From Octopus vulgaris (taxonomy: Eukaryota), in NCBI GenBank assembly GCA_951406725.2, contig OX597830.1:62000001-62064000 (forward strand): 64,000 nt of DNA. Reading direction: 5' to 3'. A program made the position numbers and the translations under genes. How positions within the stretch are numbered: position 1 is the stretch's first letter; the number at the start of each line of letters is the position of its first letter. Under the pieces are notes generated by a model. That model was not told where the DNA came from, ran no database searches, and saw nothing but the letters and a program-made list of their open reading frames with translations. Below are positions 34,901-48,300 of the stretch, piece after piece.

Positions 34901-36252
34901 TGTGCATATTATATATGACTGTGTATTCATGTGTAATTTTTGATTTTCAGCAAATGCAAATTAAGTTAGAAGATGCTGCCTTATTAGATTTGATGTGTAA
35001 GTAATATATATTTTTTATATCCCTCTTTTGAAATTCTAGTTTCAATAGTATAAATCAGTTATATTATTGTCTTATATAACTATTTATACGCATGCAGTGT
35101 ACCAACCACTGCTTCACCATACTCCAAGTGCTGAACTAAGTGATTGCACCCATTCTTTCCCAGAAATGCCGTCCACTAAAGACTTCTCTCTGACAGTTTA
35201 TGCTTGAAATTGATATAAATGAACAGTAATTTAAGTTAAACATCATCATCATCGTTTAGTGTCCGCTTTCCATGCTAGCACGGGTTGGACGGTTCAACTG
35301 GGGTCTGGGAAGCCAGAAGGTTGCACCAGGCCCAGTCTGATCTGGCAATGTTTCTACGGATGGATGCCCTTCCTAACGCCAACCACTCCATGAGTGTAGT
35401 GGATGCTTTTTACGTGCCACCAGCACGGGGGCCAGGCGAGGCTGGCCAACAGTCACAATCGGATGGTGCTTTTTACGTGCCACCGGCACGAGGCCAGTCG
35501 GGGCGGCGCTGGCAACGGCCACGTTCAGATGGTTCTCTTACGTACCACTGGCACTGGTATCACAGCTGCAATTTCCATTGATGTTGATTGATTTCGATTT
35601 TCACTCGCCTCAACAGGTCTTCACAAGTAGAGTTTTGTGTCCCAAGAAGGAAAGGTATGCATAAGTGGACTGGCTCCATCCCATGTAGAGGCCACGGGTT
35701 ATGGTCTCACTTGTCCTGCCGGGTCTTCTCATTCACAGCATACTTCCAAAGGTCTCGGTCTCTAGTCATTTCCTCGGTGAGACCTAAAGTTCGAAGGTCG
35801 TGCTTCACCACCTCGTCCCAGGTTTTCCTGGCTTCCCAGGTTAGAATGTCACCGGAAGGAATCAGAAGACGGATTCTTTAAGCTGAGCCAATCAATAGGA
35901 GAGTTAGGGGTAGACCAAGTATGAGATGGCTGGATGATATCCATGCTCTCAGTTGGTCGCACTTTGGAATCCAGGCATAATCACAGTTGCTTCTGATAGG
36001 ATACTATGGAGAAGGTGCCTGAGGACTGTACCCAACAACCTTCCCAGGTATAATGGGTGGTAAAGATGCATAGATGTGTGTATCAAGTGAGGCAGAGTTT
36101 CATAAGAACAGGACTTGAAAAGTATTCAGCTACATTTATATGTTTATATCTATATGGAATTAACTAATCTTTTGAAAAAATATTTTTCTTATATTTCAGA
36201 ATAGACTTTAGATTGTATTGAATTTCAATTTTTGTTGTTATAATGATTTTCA

Positions 36253-36283
<31 letters not shown>

Positions 36284-39200
36284 TTTGGTCAGATCACCAA
36301 ATGAATGGAACAGGCACTTGGAAAGTTTATAAAATGGTTGAAGAACTTGGTATGTGGTATGTTAGTAAATTGAACAGTTTTACAGATATTTTTCTACTCT
36401 GGCTCAGTTGGTGAATAGTTACTATACTGTTAGGTGAAAGATTTTGGTGGTCATATCCTAATAGTCAATATATTGTTCCAAGCAAGGACCCTTGCTCTAC
36501 TGGCTTTTATCTTGCTGAACTAGTTACCATTCCACATAGTCATCATCATCATCATCGTTTAACGTCCGTTCTCCATGCTAGCATGGGTTGGACGGTTCGA
36601 CCGGGGATCTGGGAAGCCAGAAGGCTGCACCAGGCTCCAGTCTTATCTGGCAATGTTTCTACTGCTGGATGCCCTTCCTAACGCCAACCACTCCGTGAGT
36701 GTAGTGGGTGCTTTTTACGTGCCACCTGCACTGGTGCCAGGCGAGGCTGGCATCGGCCATGGTCGGATTGGTGCATTTTACGTGCCACCTGCACGGAAGC
36801 CAGTCGAGGCGACACTGGCTTCGGCCACGATTCAGATGGTGCTTTTTACGTGCCACCGACACGGAAGCCAGTATGCGTGATTAATGTTCAGCATAAATTA
36901 GTAGGTACTTACAGTTATTAAATAAAATAAAACATAAAAAACAGTAACAAAACTGTAAGGATCTGTAGTTGTAAGTTAACATTGCTTGTAGGAAATGCTG
37001 AATTTCTGTAATTCATGTTCATAGTTTGGAAGATAAAATGTGATTTTTAGAGGTGTGTTAAATTACTTCAGATGAAAGCATGGCAGAAATCGTGGAATAT
37101 GTAATGTATTTGTAGAAATCATAAAACATCAAACTGCTTTGTTATATTTGATTTCACTCTGTATGCTCTGTATTGGAATTCCACCTGAATTAAGTTTTCT
37201 TTTCACCCTTCTGGGGTTCATAAAGTAAAGTACCAGTCAAATACTATGATCATTTTAATCAATTGTTCCCATATGCAGCAGGCTAGAGTGGTAGAGCCCA
37301 AATTCCTGCCTAACCTTGGGGTTGCAGCAAGGAGGTGAAACGCTTGTTGAAATACACTGTTGACCCCAATGTTATTTGTAACACCCTACATTACTCCCAG
37401 TACAAATTACCCCCTCCATTTTCTTATTCATGCACCCACACACACAGTTAGCCACTTTGTGAACTAATATTTATCTATTTTACTTCTGCCTTTTGAGTTG
37501 TTCTAAGTCACAATGATATGTATTTTTTGTTTGAGACTAATGAACATTTTCAGATATAGTTAAATTAACTGCAACTTTTTCTCCCCTAATTTTAGACAAA
37601 GACAAGGTCCTAAATGCTGATAGCCTGCAACAATCACTTTACCAAGGCCTTTCCAAATTGTATAATACTGTAAGTTTAAGTTTATATAAATTCTAACACA
37701 GCATTTTACTTTCATCATCATCATCATCATCATCCTCATTTAACGTCCGCTTTCCATGCTAGCATGGGTTGGACGGTTCAACTGGAGTCTGGGGAGCCCG
37801 AAGGCTGCACCAGGCCAGTCAGATCTGGCAGTGTTTCTACAGCTGGATGCCCTTCCTAACGCCAACCACTCCGAGAGTGTAGTGGGTGATTTTATGTGCC
37901 ACCGACACAGGTGCCAGACGAGGCTGGCGAACGGCCACGCTCGGATGGTGTTTTTTTTTTAAGTGCCACCGACACAGGTGCCAGACGAGGCTGGCAGACG
38001 GCCACGCTCGGATGGTGTTTTTATGTGCCACCGACACAAGTGCCATTTATTATTATGCAAAAGTTATTATGTGCTAATTTAGTTAGCAGAGACAACCCCC
38101 TTTGCTTGCGAAGACGTTGGGGCAAGCGAAATCGAAATCGAATTGAACCAGCCAGGATCCCTGGTCTGGTGGTACGTAAAAAGCACTATCCGACTCGTGG
38201 CCGATGCCAGCGCCGCCTCGACTGGCTTCCGTGCCGGTGGCACATAAAATACACCAATCCGACCGTGGCCGTTGCCAGCCTCGCCTGGCACCTGTGCAGG
38301 TGGCACGTAAAAAGCACCCACTACACTCTCGGAGTGGTTGGCGTTAGGAAGGGCATCCAGCTGTAGAAACATTGCCAGATCAGACTGGAGCCTGGTGCAG
38401 CCTTCTGGCTTCCCAGATCCCCGGTCGAACCGTCCAACCCATGCTAGCATGGAGAACGGACGTTAAACGATGATGATGATGATATTATCCTGAAATTTGG
38501 TGGCAGGTTTCCTCAAATTTCAAGAATCTTTCTTAGTATTATTGTAAAACACAGGATAGTACTTTTGTCAGTTGACAATGTGCGTCAATCCCAATAACCT
38601 TTAGTGTTTTAGGTAGCAGTTTTGGTACTGTGTCAAGTGCATTAATTGCCACAGAAAGAGTTTCCATCCTTATGTTCCACATTCCCTTCATCTCTTTGGC
38701 TAGATCATGATATTTTTCAATTTTCTCAGTTTCCATTATATCCACTCTGTGCCGTATGTGATTGCAAAGTTTATGATTTTACACTGTCTATCATTTATGT
38801 ACCCCACAGTCATTTCTAGTCTCCTGGACCTTGTTAGTATGTTGGTGGTACAAGATGTGAATGGTAGCAAAGGTGGTACATTTAGACTGGAGGCCGTTTA
38901 TGCCTTGATGGGCTGTAAGGCCAGATTTCTTCATATATCTAGAAACTTTCCTGAGAATAACTTGTACTTTAGTGCTAGTGGGGGACTAGAATTGTATTTT
39001 GCACACACAGAATGACAGTGTGGAGTTAGTGCCGAGCAGAAGAAGGTGCAAAAGCCTCATAAACCTGCATGGAAACTTCCAGCTGTTTGACAGATAACAA
39101 TTGGATTTTCCTCATGTACAAGTGTGGACGTGGCACAACCTCAATGGATCATCCAGATCATATGTAGATAGAGTGGTGGTAAGAGTGGCTGTGTGGTAAG

Positions 39201-39350
39201 TAGCTTCTTTACCAACCACATGCTTCTGGGTTCAGTCCCACTGCGTGGCACCTTGGGCAAGTGTCTTCTATTATAGCCTCGGGCCAACCAAAGCCTTGTG
39301 AGTGGATTTGGTAGGCGGAAACTGAAAGAAGCCCGTCATATATATGTAGG

Positions 39351-39385
<35 letters not shown>

Positions 39386-42300
39386 TTGTGTGTCTGTTTG
39401 TCCCCCTAGCATTGCTTGACAACCGATGCTGGTGTGTTTATGTCCCCCGTTACTTAGCAGTTCGGCAAAAGAGACCGATAGAATAAGTACTGGGCTTACA
39501 AAGAATAAGTCCCGGGGTCGAGTTGCTCGATTAAAGGTGGTGCTCCAGGATGGCTGCAGTCAAATGACTGAAACGAGTAAAAGAGTAAAAAGAGAGAGAG
39601 AGAGTATTTGTAAGGTCAGTAGATAGAGATAACGTAAGTTGTCCACAATTCAAATTAGTTGTCTACACACCACAAATTTGTTATTTGCACAGTCAATTTA
39701 GATCTGGTTACTAGAAGTTGAATGTGTCCTTTCTGGCACTCAAAGACCACAGGGACCAGATTAGTGAACTAGTTATGTGGCAGTTGGTGGCAGCAGTTGT
39801 CAACAATTGGTTGTGGATCATACTGAAGAAGGTGATTAGAGATAGTTGATTCATCATCATCATCATCATCATTTAGCATCCGTTTTCCATGCTAGCATGG
39901 GTTGGATGGTTTAACTGGGGTCTGTGAAGCTGAAAGGCTTCATCAGGCCCAGTCAGATTTGGCAGTGTTTCTACGGCTGGATGCCCTTCCTAACGCCAAC
40001 CACTCCGCGAGTGTAGTGGGTGTTTTTTAGGTGCCACCTGCATTTAGCAAAGAGCTAGCAATAGAAAGAAATAGATAAGAGGGAGAATGAGTTAACAGGC
40101 TAGAAGAGGCAATCAGTAAAGGCATTGTGATCGATGTGCTAGCAGTGAGAATAGCCCTTGACCATTTCTTTGATCTCAAACATGAAGGCAGTGTTGTCAT
40201 CATCGTTTAACATCCGCTTTCCATGCTGGCATGGGTTGGACGGTTCAACTGGGGTCTGGGAAGCCAGAAGGCTGCACCAGACCCAGTCTGATCTGGCATT
40301 GTTTCTACAGCTGGATGCCCTTCCTAACGCCAACCACTCCGTGAGTGTAGTGGGTGCTTTTTACGTGCCACCGGCACAGGTGGTGCTAGACGAGGCTGGC
40401 TACGGCCACGTTCGGATGGTTCTCTTGCATGCCACCGGCACTGGTATCACAGCTACAAATTCTATTGATAGATTACAATTTTGATTTTAACAAAATTGAC
40501 TAAAGTACTTATATCCAGTTTTTTATTGGTTGTTATGTGGGGGATGAGCAAGACCACCTTCCCATTGAGGAATGGGTAGAACAGAATTAGAGATGGATTT
40601 TCTACAGCCATCCTGCCATTCACCAGCCTTCACTTATTTCCCTATAGCTAAGATGAATTTTCACAAGAGATTGGAAACGGATACTGCTAAAACCTGTGCA
40701 CTCCAGCACAAATGAATTAAAGCTGTTCGTTGGGCCTGAATGGTGGAGATGCAACATGGAAGCAAAACTATGATGAGCAGATCAGGATGGGCATGTACGT
40801 GCTACTTGATTCCAAGCAGATGTGTTTGGCTTTCCAGCACCACTTCGTGTGGTTGTTCGGAAAGGATGATGGCTTGACAATGGTAACAGAGTTTAGTTCA
40901 TGCCTAGGTGGCCTATTACAGTTCTTGGCAGCAGAGGTGAGGTTCTGTGGAAGGCCTGGAATACGGAAGGTGATGAGTGATTGCACAAGTTACAAATCAC
41001 CTGGTTTGAATTGTCTGTCCTATGAAGTCTATGAGCTGCCAGATTTGTTTGACTGCCACTTGGGAGATGTCTACCATAACTGGCAGCACAATGGGATGAT
41101 TCTTAGTGCTGTTAGCCAGGGTGTGGTAATGCTACTGGGGAAGGACATCTTCATCATCATCATTTAACGTCTGTTTTTCATACTGGCATGGGTTGGATGG
41201 TTTGACAGGAGCTGTCCAACTGTTCTTTTACTTGTTTCAGTCATTTGACTGCAGCCATTCTGGAGCACCGTTTTTACTTGAAACACACCAACATTGGTTG
41301 TCAAGTGATGGTGAGGGAACTAACACAGACGCATATACATATACACGATGGGCTTCCTTCAGTTTCCAACTAGCAAATCCACTCAAGGCTTTGATCAGCC
41401 TGAAGCTATAGTAGAAGAGACTTGCCCAAGGTGCCACTCAGTGGGACTGAACTGGAACCATGTGGTTGGGAAGCAAGCATCTTACCACAAAGCCACACCT
41501 GTGCCTATGTATACTCAATTGTTCTTAAACTTTTAAGTTTGACTGAATTTTCAGATATGTTGTTTATATAAAGTTCTCTAGTTTTGTGTAAAGTATTGAA
41601 AGTGCATGTGGGAAGTAGGATAAGATATTGGCAGAGGGGTGCATTTGGGTGTATGTAGAAGGGAAGAATGAAGGCAGTTGTTAAAGCAAACTGATAGGAC
41701 CCCAGAAAGCTTAGGTTTTGCTGAAGTCAAAGGTGATAGTTTATTTTGTCAAGGTTCTCTTACATAGCTCTCTTATTTCATCTGCTTGTGGGAGGCAAAA
41801 AAATTAGAAGAAAAGTGGGTTTAGCAGATATTGAAATTTTAGCTATTGGAATCAGAATCGAAATCGATCAATGGAAATTGCAGCTGAGTTACCAGTTCCG
41901 GTGGCACGTAAGAGAACCATCCGAACGTGGCCATTGCCAGCGCCGCCCCAACTGGCCTCGTGCCGGTGGCACGTAAAAAGCGCCATCCGTTTGTGGCCGT
42001 TGCCAGCCTCGCCTGGCCCCCATGCAGGTGGCACATAAAAAAGCACCATCCGATCATGGCCATTTGCCAGTCTCGTCTGGCACGTAAAAAGCACCCACTA
42101 CACTCACGGAGTGGTTGGTGTTAGGAAGGGCATCTAGCCGTAGAAACATTGCCAGATCAAACTGGGCCTGGTGCAGCCTTCTGGCTTCCCAGACCCCAGT
42201 TGAACTGTCTAACCCATGCTAGCATGGAAAGCGGACGCTAAATGATGATGATGATGGAATGCTGATAATCATTTCAGTTGAAGCATGAGAAATAGAAGAT

Positions 42301-45300
42301 ATCAGTGAACTTTTGGAATCTGCTTTGCCACAAACTAAAATGCATGGTTGTAAGTTGAGCTATATGGGGTCCGATCAATAAATATTGGATTTTTGCCATA
42401 GTAACAAAGCAAAAGCATGCAGAGTAATGCTGCTTGGCACAGATTGACCTTGAGCTCTGTTGTGCATGTGCACTAAGTTTTAACGTTCTAGCTCTCTTCC
42501 ATTGTTTACAGCAATGCTTGGAAGTAATGTGTGATCATCGCACTGACCATGACAGAGAAGGTTGAGCAGAGAGTCTGCATCAAATTTTGCCCAACGGCAA
42601 AGTTTTCATCATTCTTGACACAATCAAGGAGATCTTGTGCAACTGAAGCCCAAGTGTCCTTTTGGTCAGCTGAAAGCTGTTTTGGCACAAATCTTCGATG
42701 ATAATGGACTGAACTGAACCATGACTAATCTGCACTTCCTCTGATAACTCACAGATGGTGATTTGATGATTTCCCCTCTCAGCTGCATGCTTTTTTCTGT
42801 CTTGCTAGTTGTGGGTCTCCCAGAACGTCTGTCACTAGCAATATTTTTTTGGCCATCTTGGAAATGTTTGAACCACTTGTACACTTCAGACACTCCTCTC
42901 CATACACTTTCTGCAACTTTGCGTAGGCCTCTGAACAGGTATCGCTATGACAACTTTTTCTGTCGTGGACAATGTGACAATCACATGCTACACACCTTCC
43001 TTCCAAGCACTGCTGTAAACAGCGGAAGTGAGCCTAAAACGTTAAAACTTAGTACACATGCACAGCAGAGTTCAAGGTCAATCTGTGCCAAGTGGCTTCA
43101 CTCTGCGTGCTTTAGCTTCGTTACTATGGCAACAGTCCGGATACTTATTGATCAGACTCCATATAAGAGAACTCATAAGTGGAACAATGTTTGTTAGTCC
43201 TTTATAGCTTTTCTACAGACTTTTTTTTATGACAGCAGCTTAACCTTCCCTAAATAATCGAATATTAATTGATGGACAGGTCAGTTTGAAATTTAAAAGA
43301 CCATTTCTAAGAAGATTAGATGTAAGTTACATTTAGTGCTATGAAATGGTAAAAGAATGCATGTAAAACTCTGCAGTACTCTTGTGATTTTACTTTTTTT
43401 CTTTTTCATTGCTTATAGTCTCTTAATTCATTCCAACTAACTTTATCAGATATGGAAAATAAGATCTGAGGTGTGTTGCTGTGGACAGGTTAAATTTTGA
43501 AAATTTCAACATTTTATGTGAATCAGCAAATGGTTCTTATCACTGAATGCTTTTCTTACTAGTGAGTTCTTGCATGGAAATAGAATTAGAATGGGTTATC
43601 TATAGAAGCCTAACAGAGTAGATTTAAGGTTCAAACACATGATCATGGCATTAAACCCCACAATAATATTTAGTAATAACTAAGAAAACATCATATTGCA
43701 CAATTCATTTAGATGTCATTTTCATATTAAATATTGCACTACACTTCACAGTAGAAGCCACTTTATCTCCAAATAGAATTTGATTAAAATAATCCATACA
43801 TTGTCTGCATTTATTGAATTACTCTTTTACTCTCTTTTACTTGTTTCAGTCATTTGACTGCGGCCATGCTAGAGCACCGTCTTTAGTCGAGCAAATCGAC
43901 CCCGGGACTTATTCTTTGTAAGCCCAGTACTTATTCTATTGGGCTCTTTTGCCGAACCGCTAAGTGACAGGGACGTAAACACACCAGCATCGGTTGTCAA
44001 GCAATGCTAGGGGGACAAACACAGACACACAAACACACACACATATATATATACATATAGCCCCGCCTACATATAAAAAGCACCCACTACACTCACGGAG
44101 TGGTTGGCGTTAGGAAGGGCATCCAGCTGTAGAAACATTATTTCTGGAGCCTGGTGCAGCCTCCTTCCCAGAACCCGTCACCGTCCAACCCATGCAAGCA
44201 TGGAGAACGGACGTTAAACGACGATGATGATGATGATGATACATATATACTTATTTCAGTCTCCATCTACCAAATCCACTCACAAGGCATTGGTCGGCCC
44301 GGGGCCATAGCAGAAGACACTTGCCCAAGATGCCACGCAGTGGGACTGAACCCAGAACCATGTGGTTGGTTAGCAAGCTACTTACCACACAGCCACTCCG
44401 GCGCCTGAATGTTTATTTTCCATAATTTAATTACTCTGTGTGTGTGTGTAATATTCATATTCCTGGGAGTTACCAGTTCATATTTTGTTGGACTCATTTT
44501 TATTGATTTTCTCTTCATCTTTTTCAGAGTGTTACTGTGAACATCTTTGATGGAGCTTTGTGGTGTAGAATTATGATTACTGAGTACAATGCTAACAGAA
44601 ATATGTATCAGTTGAATATATCGTTTTTAGTTTATTATCCAACATTACCAATAATCATAGTGAAATACCTTAAAGATCCCCTCCTTGGCGTTGTGATGGA
44701 GGTAAGAGAGATTTCCTTATCTATTGACTGTTAATGACCTCCATGTAATCTTTGTTTTTTTTATGAAATTTTAAGAATTTGCAAGTTCAGGTGGTTATTC
44801 ATCAGATCTCTTGTGACTCTAATATAAACTTTTAGATTTCAAAATTACTACAAAATTACCATTAGTTTTTCATTTCCTGTCTTATCAAGTTAACCCTTTT
44901 GTTACCAACCCGGCTGAAACCGGCTCTGACTCTGTAGTACAAATGTTTTGTTTTCATAGGTTTTAAATTAAAATCATCCACCAAACCTTAGTCACAATTT
45001 ATGTTCCTAACACTAGCTGAATGATAGTTATTTTACTAAATCTTTGCCCCAGCATGGCCACAGCTCATGAGCTGAAACTAGAATCAATCAATCAATCATA
45101 CTCTTTACTCTCTTTACTCTTTTACTTGTTTCAGTCATTTTGACTGCGGCCATGCTGGAGCACCGCCTTTAATCATCCCCAGGACTTATTCTTTGTAAGC
45201 CTAATACTTATTCTATCGGTCTCCTTTGCCGAACTGCTAAGTAACAGGGACATAAACACACCAGCATCGGTTGTCAAGCAATGCTAGGGGTACAAACACA

Positions 45301-48300
45301 GACACAAACACACACACACGCATATATATATATATATACATATATACGACGGGCTTCTTTCAGTTTCCGTCTACCAAATCCACTCACAAGGCTTTGGTTG
45401 GCCCGAGGCTATAGTGGAAGACACTTGCCCTAGGTGCCACGCAGTGGGACTGAATCTGGAACCATGTGGTTGGTAAACAAGCTACTTACCACACAGCCAC
45501 TCCTGCGCCTAATAGTTAAAAGAAACACAGTGCATCTTAAAATAAATACAGTAACGAAAGGGTTAAATAAATCTACGGCTATGCATCAGAATTATAGACA
45601 TTTTTGCATTACCTTGTTTCAAAATCATTCACTCTTCAGCTTTCTCAATTGACTGCACTTAATTTTGATTGTTGTTGTATTACTACAGCATGCATTCTTT
45701 TGTAACTAAACATTCTCTCAAGATTGGTTTTCCTTTTTTAAAGAAAATTTTCACGTTCTTCTTACTTTTCATTGATGTTGAGTTTAATATTGCCAGACCA
45801 GCTTCAACTGCTGAGACAGATTTGAAATATATAAATCTTATAATTAATGGCTTCTTGGCTTTTAACTCTTGCTTGATGGGGGCTGAGTTAGTGGTCCAAG
45901 GTATCATCTTGCATAGAGCCAACCAGGTCGAATCTCAAGACACTAAGCCTTACAAAGGAGATAAGGGACCAAAATATCTGGCACCTTGCTGTACACTAGA
46001 AGACCTGCCCATCACAGCAGAATTGATATTCTAAACCACCTTAATGCTTGTCTGTGAGGGACTCTGCCCCATGCCCACCTACACTCTCTCTGCTTTGTCA
46101 ACCACTTCCCCCACCTTTCATCCCCTAACACCCATCACCTGAGAGCAGAATAGGTGTATACTACATCCCCTTGCTTTCCCAGTTACCTTCTCTACCCTAA
46201 ACCACTTCAATTTCCTATTATCTTCCCCCACCTGCTGTCTCCACCAATCCACTCCTTCCTGGGCCTTCTCTTCCCAGTGTTGTTCTCCATCAACACCTCA
46301 CTTATCTGCTATCATCATCATCATCATCATCATTTAGCATCTGCTTTCCATGCTAGCATGGGTTGGACGGTTCAACTGGGGTCTGGGAATATGCCCTCAC
46401 ATATTTATTGCGGCCCCCACACTCAAGCCATTCCTGTATTTCACTTTATCATTTGCCTCAGTCATCTGTATCCTTCCGCAACTGCCCCAGGGAGAAAAAT
46501 TCAAACAATTATGGAGAATATTCTGCCTGAAATCGATCAACATCAATGGAAATTGTAGCTGTGATACAAGTGCCGGTGGCACGTAAGAGAACCATCCGAA
46601 CGTGGCCGTTGCCAGTGCCGCCCCGACTGGCCTCCGTGCCGGTGGCACGTAAAAAGCACCATCCGATTGTGGCCGTTTGCCAGCCTCGTCTGGCACGTAA
46701 AAAGCACCCACTACACTCATGGAGTGGTTGGCGTTAGGAAGGGCATCCAGCTGTAGAAACACTGCCAGATCAGACTGGGCCTAGCGCAGCCTACTGGCTC
46801 CCCAGACCCCAGTTGAACCGTCCAACCCATGCTTGCATGGAAAACGGACGTTAAACGATGATGATGATAATTGTAGAAAAGAAGCAAAACAAGATTTGAA
46901 CAACCAGCACAAGAAGTACATGAGACAGTTCCATTGCAGACAGCCAGTATGGGTGTGGCAATTTGGAAAGGAATATTTAGTGTGATCACCTGGTATAGTT
47001 AAAAAGCAATTTGGATAAGCAAATCTGGACATGACATGATAATCAACTGTGGAAAAGAGAAATAACTTCAGATAATAGAAATCAAAGAAGCGAGATATAC
47101 CTGCACATTCTGCTGGAAGAATTCAATGGATCTTTATCACAGGAACATGCTCAAAAGAATGATTTTTCAATGTCAAGCTCAATGAAGTTCTACTTGAATT
47201 CACCAAAAGCCAAAAAGGGGTCATTTTAGATTCACACAAAAAGTCCTATGACAGAGGAATTTAATGTTTTTTTGTTGAAAGGGAAGGTGTTGGGGGATAA
47301 GATGACCAATAGTTATTTTGCATGTAAACATGGCATTCAACCTGTTGTATTCCTGCAAGTCAGTCTTTTTTCCAGGTGTGCATTCTCACTTGGGATTTTT
47401 GTCTGGTGGACAGCTTTCGTTTTGCTGATTATTATAACTCTTATGCAAGTAAAACAAGTTTCGGATCTTTTTGCTTTGACCGGCAGATTCTTAAAATAAT
47501 TTCTTTGTAACTAAACACTTTTAAACTTCGTATACTGGTAGAATGTGTTTATAAAACATCTTTTTCTCTTGGCTTTCTTAAGAAAATTCTGTAGTTTGTA
47601 AGCTATTTCTTGTTTATTTTCTTGCATTTCTGCAATTTCAACCAATCAATGATGTCTATTGAGGTGAATTCAATATCTCCGGAGCGTTGTCAACAACAAT
47701 TATTTCCAGTGTCATATGAAATTGTCCCTTTTACTTAGCCATGCTAATATGGAAAGTGGACGTTAAATGATGATGATGATGAAGGTGATAAATGGTTTGT
47801 TCTACCATTTGTGATTAAGGAGTAATATAAAATATAGTTTATAAACGGGAAGAAAACTATTTTGATGAATTTGCTGAGGCTGAGCTTCTATTTTGCAGGA
47901 GTGTGAATGGAATTTTATATTTTTTACAGATATATGTTTTTTTTGTGTTAGTTTTAAATAATAAAAATATATCATGTTATATATTTATATTTATCACTTA
48001 TATATTATAACTACTTTCATTCTACGTAAGGGGTATTAGCCATCTGAATGTGGCTAGCCACTGGGGGTGGGGTGTTACTGATGCTTTTAGCCCCAGGCAA
48101 TCAACGTCACCAGAAGGACTTTAGACACTATCTCAGTGCCCTTGTGTTATTTGCAAAGGGAGGTCATCCTCCCTCGAAGACCCGAGTACTACATACGGAC
48201 TATAGTTTCAAGGTAATTGCCTCTCGTTAATGCATAGTGAGCACCGGTCTTCGATGAAGGCGTCCCCTTGCAAATAATATATAACGTTTTTCACAGCAAC

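Noticed and set aside
45669-46034. Non-repetitive 121-aa and 79-aa overlapping ORFs
   Set aside because: No recognisable family and no convincing splice sites; CENPN is complete without them.
48025-48300. Possible twister, HDV-like or hairpin ribozyme (TAATGCA, GGCTAA)
   Set aside because: Required pseudoknots and helices could not be built; only the hammerhead fold fits.
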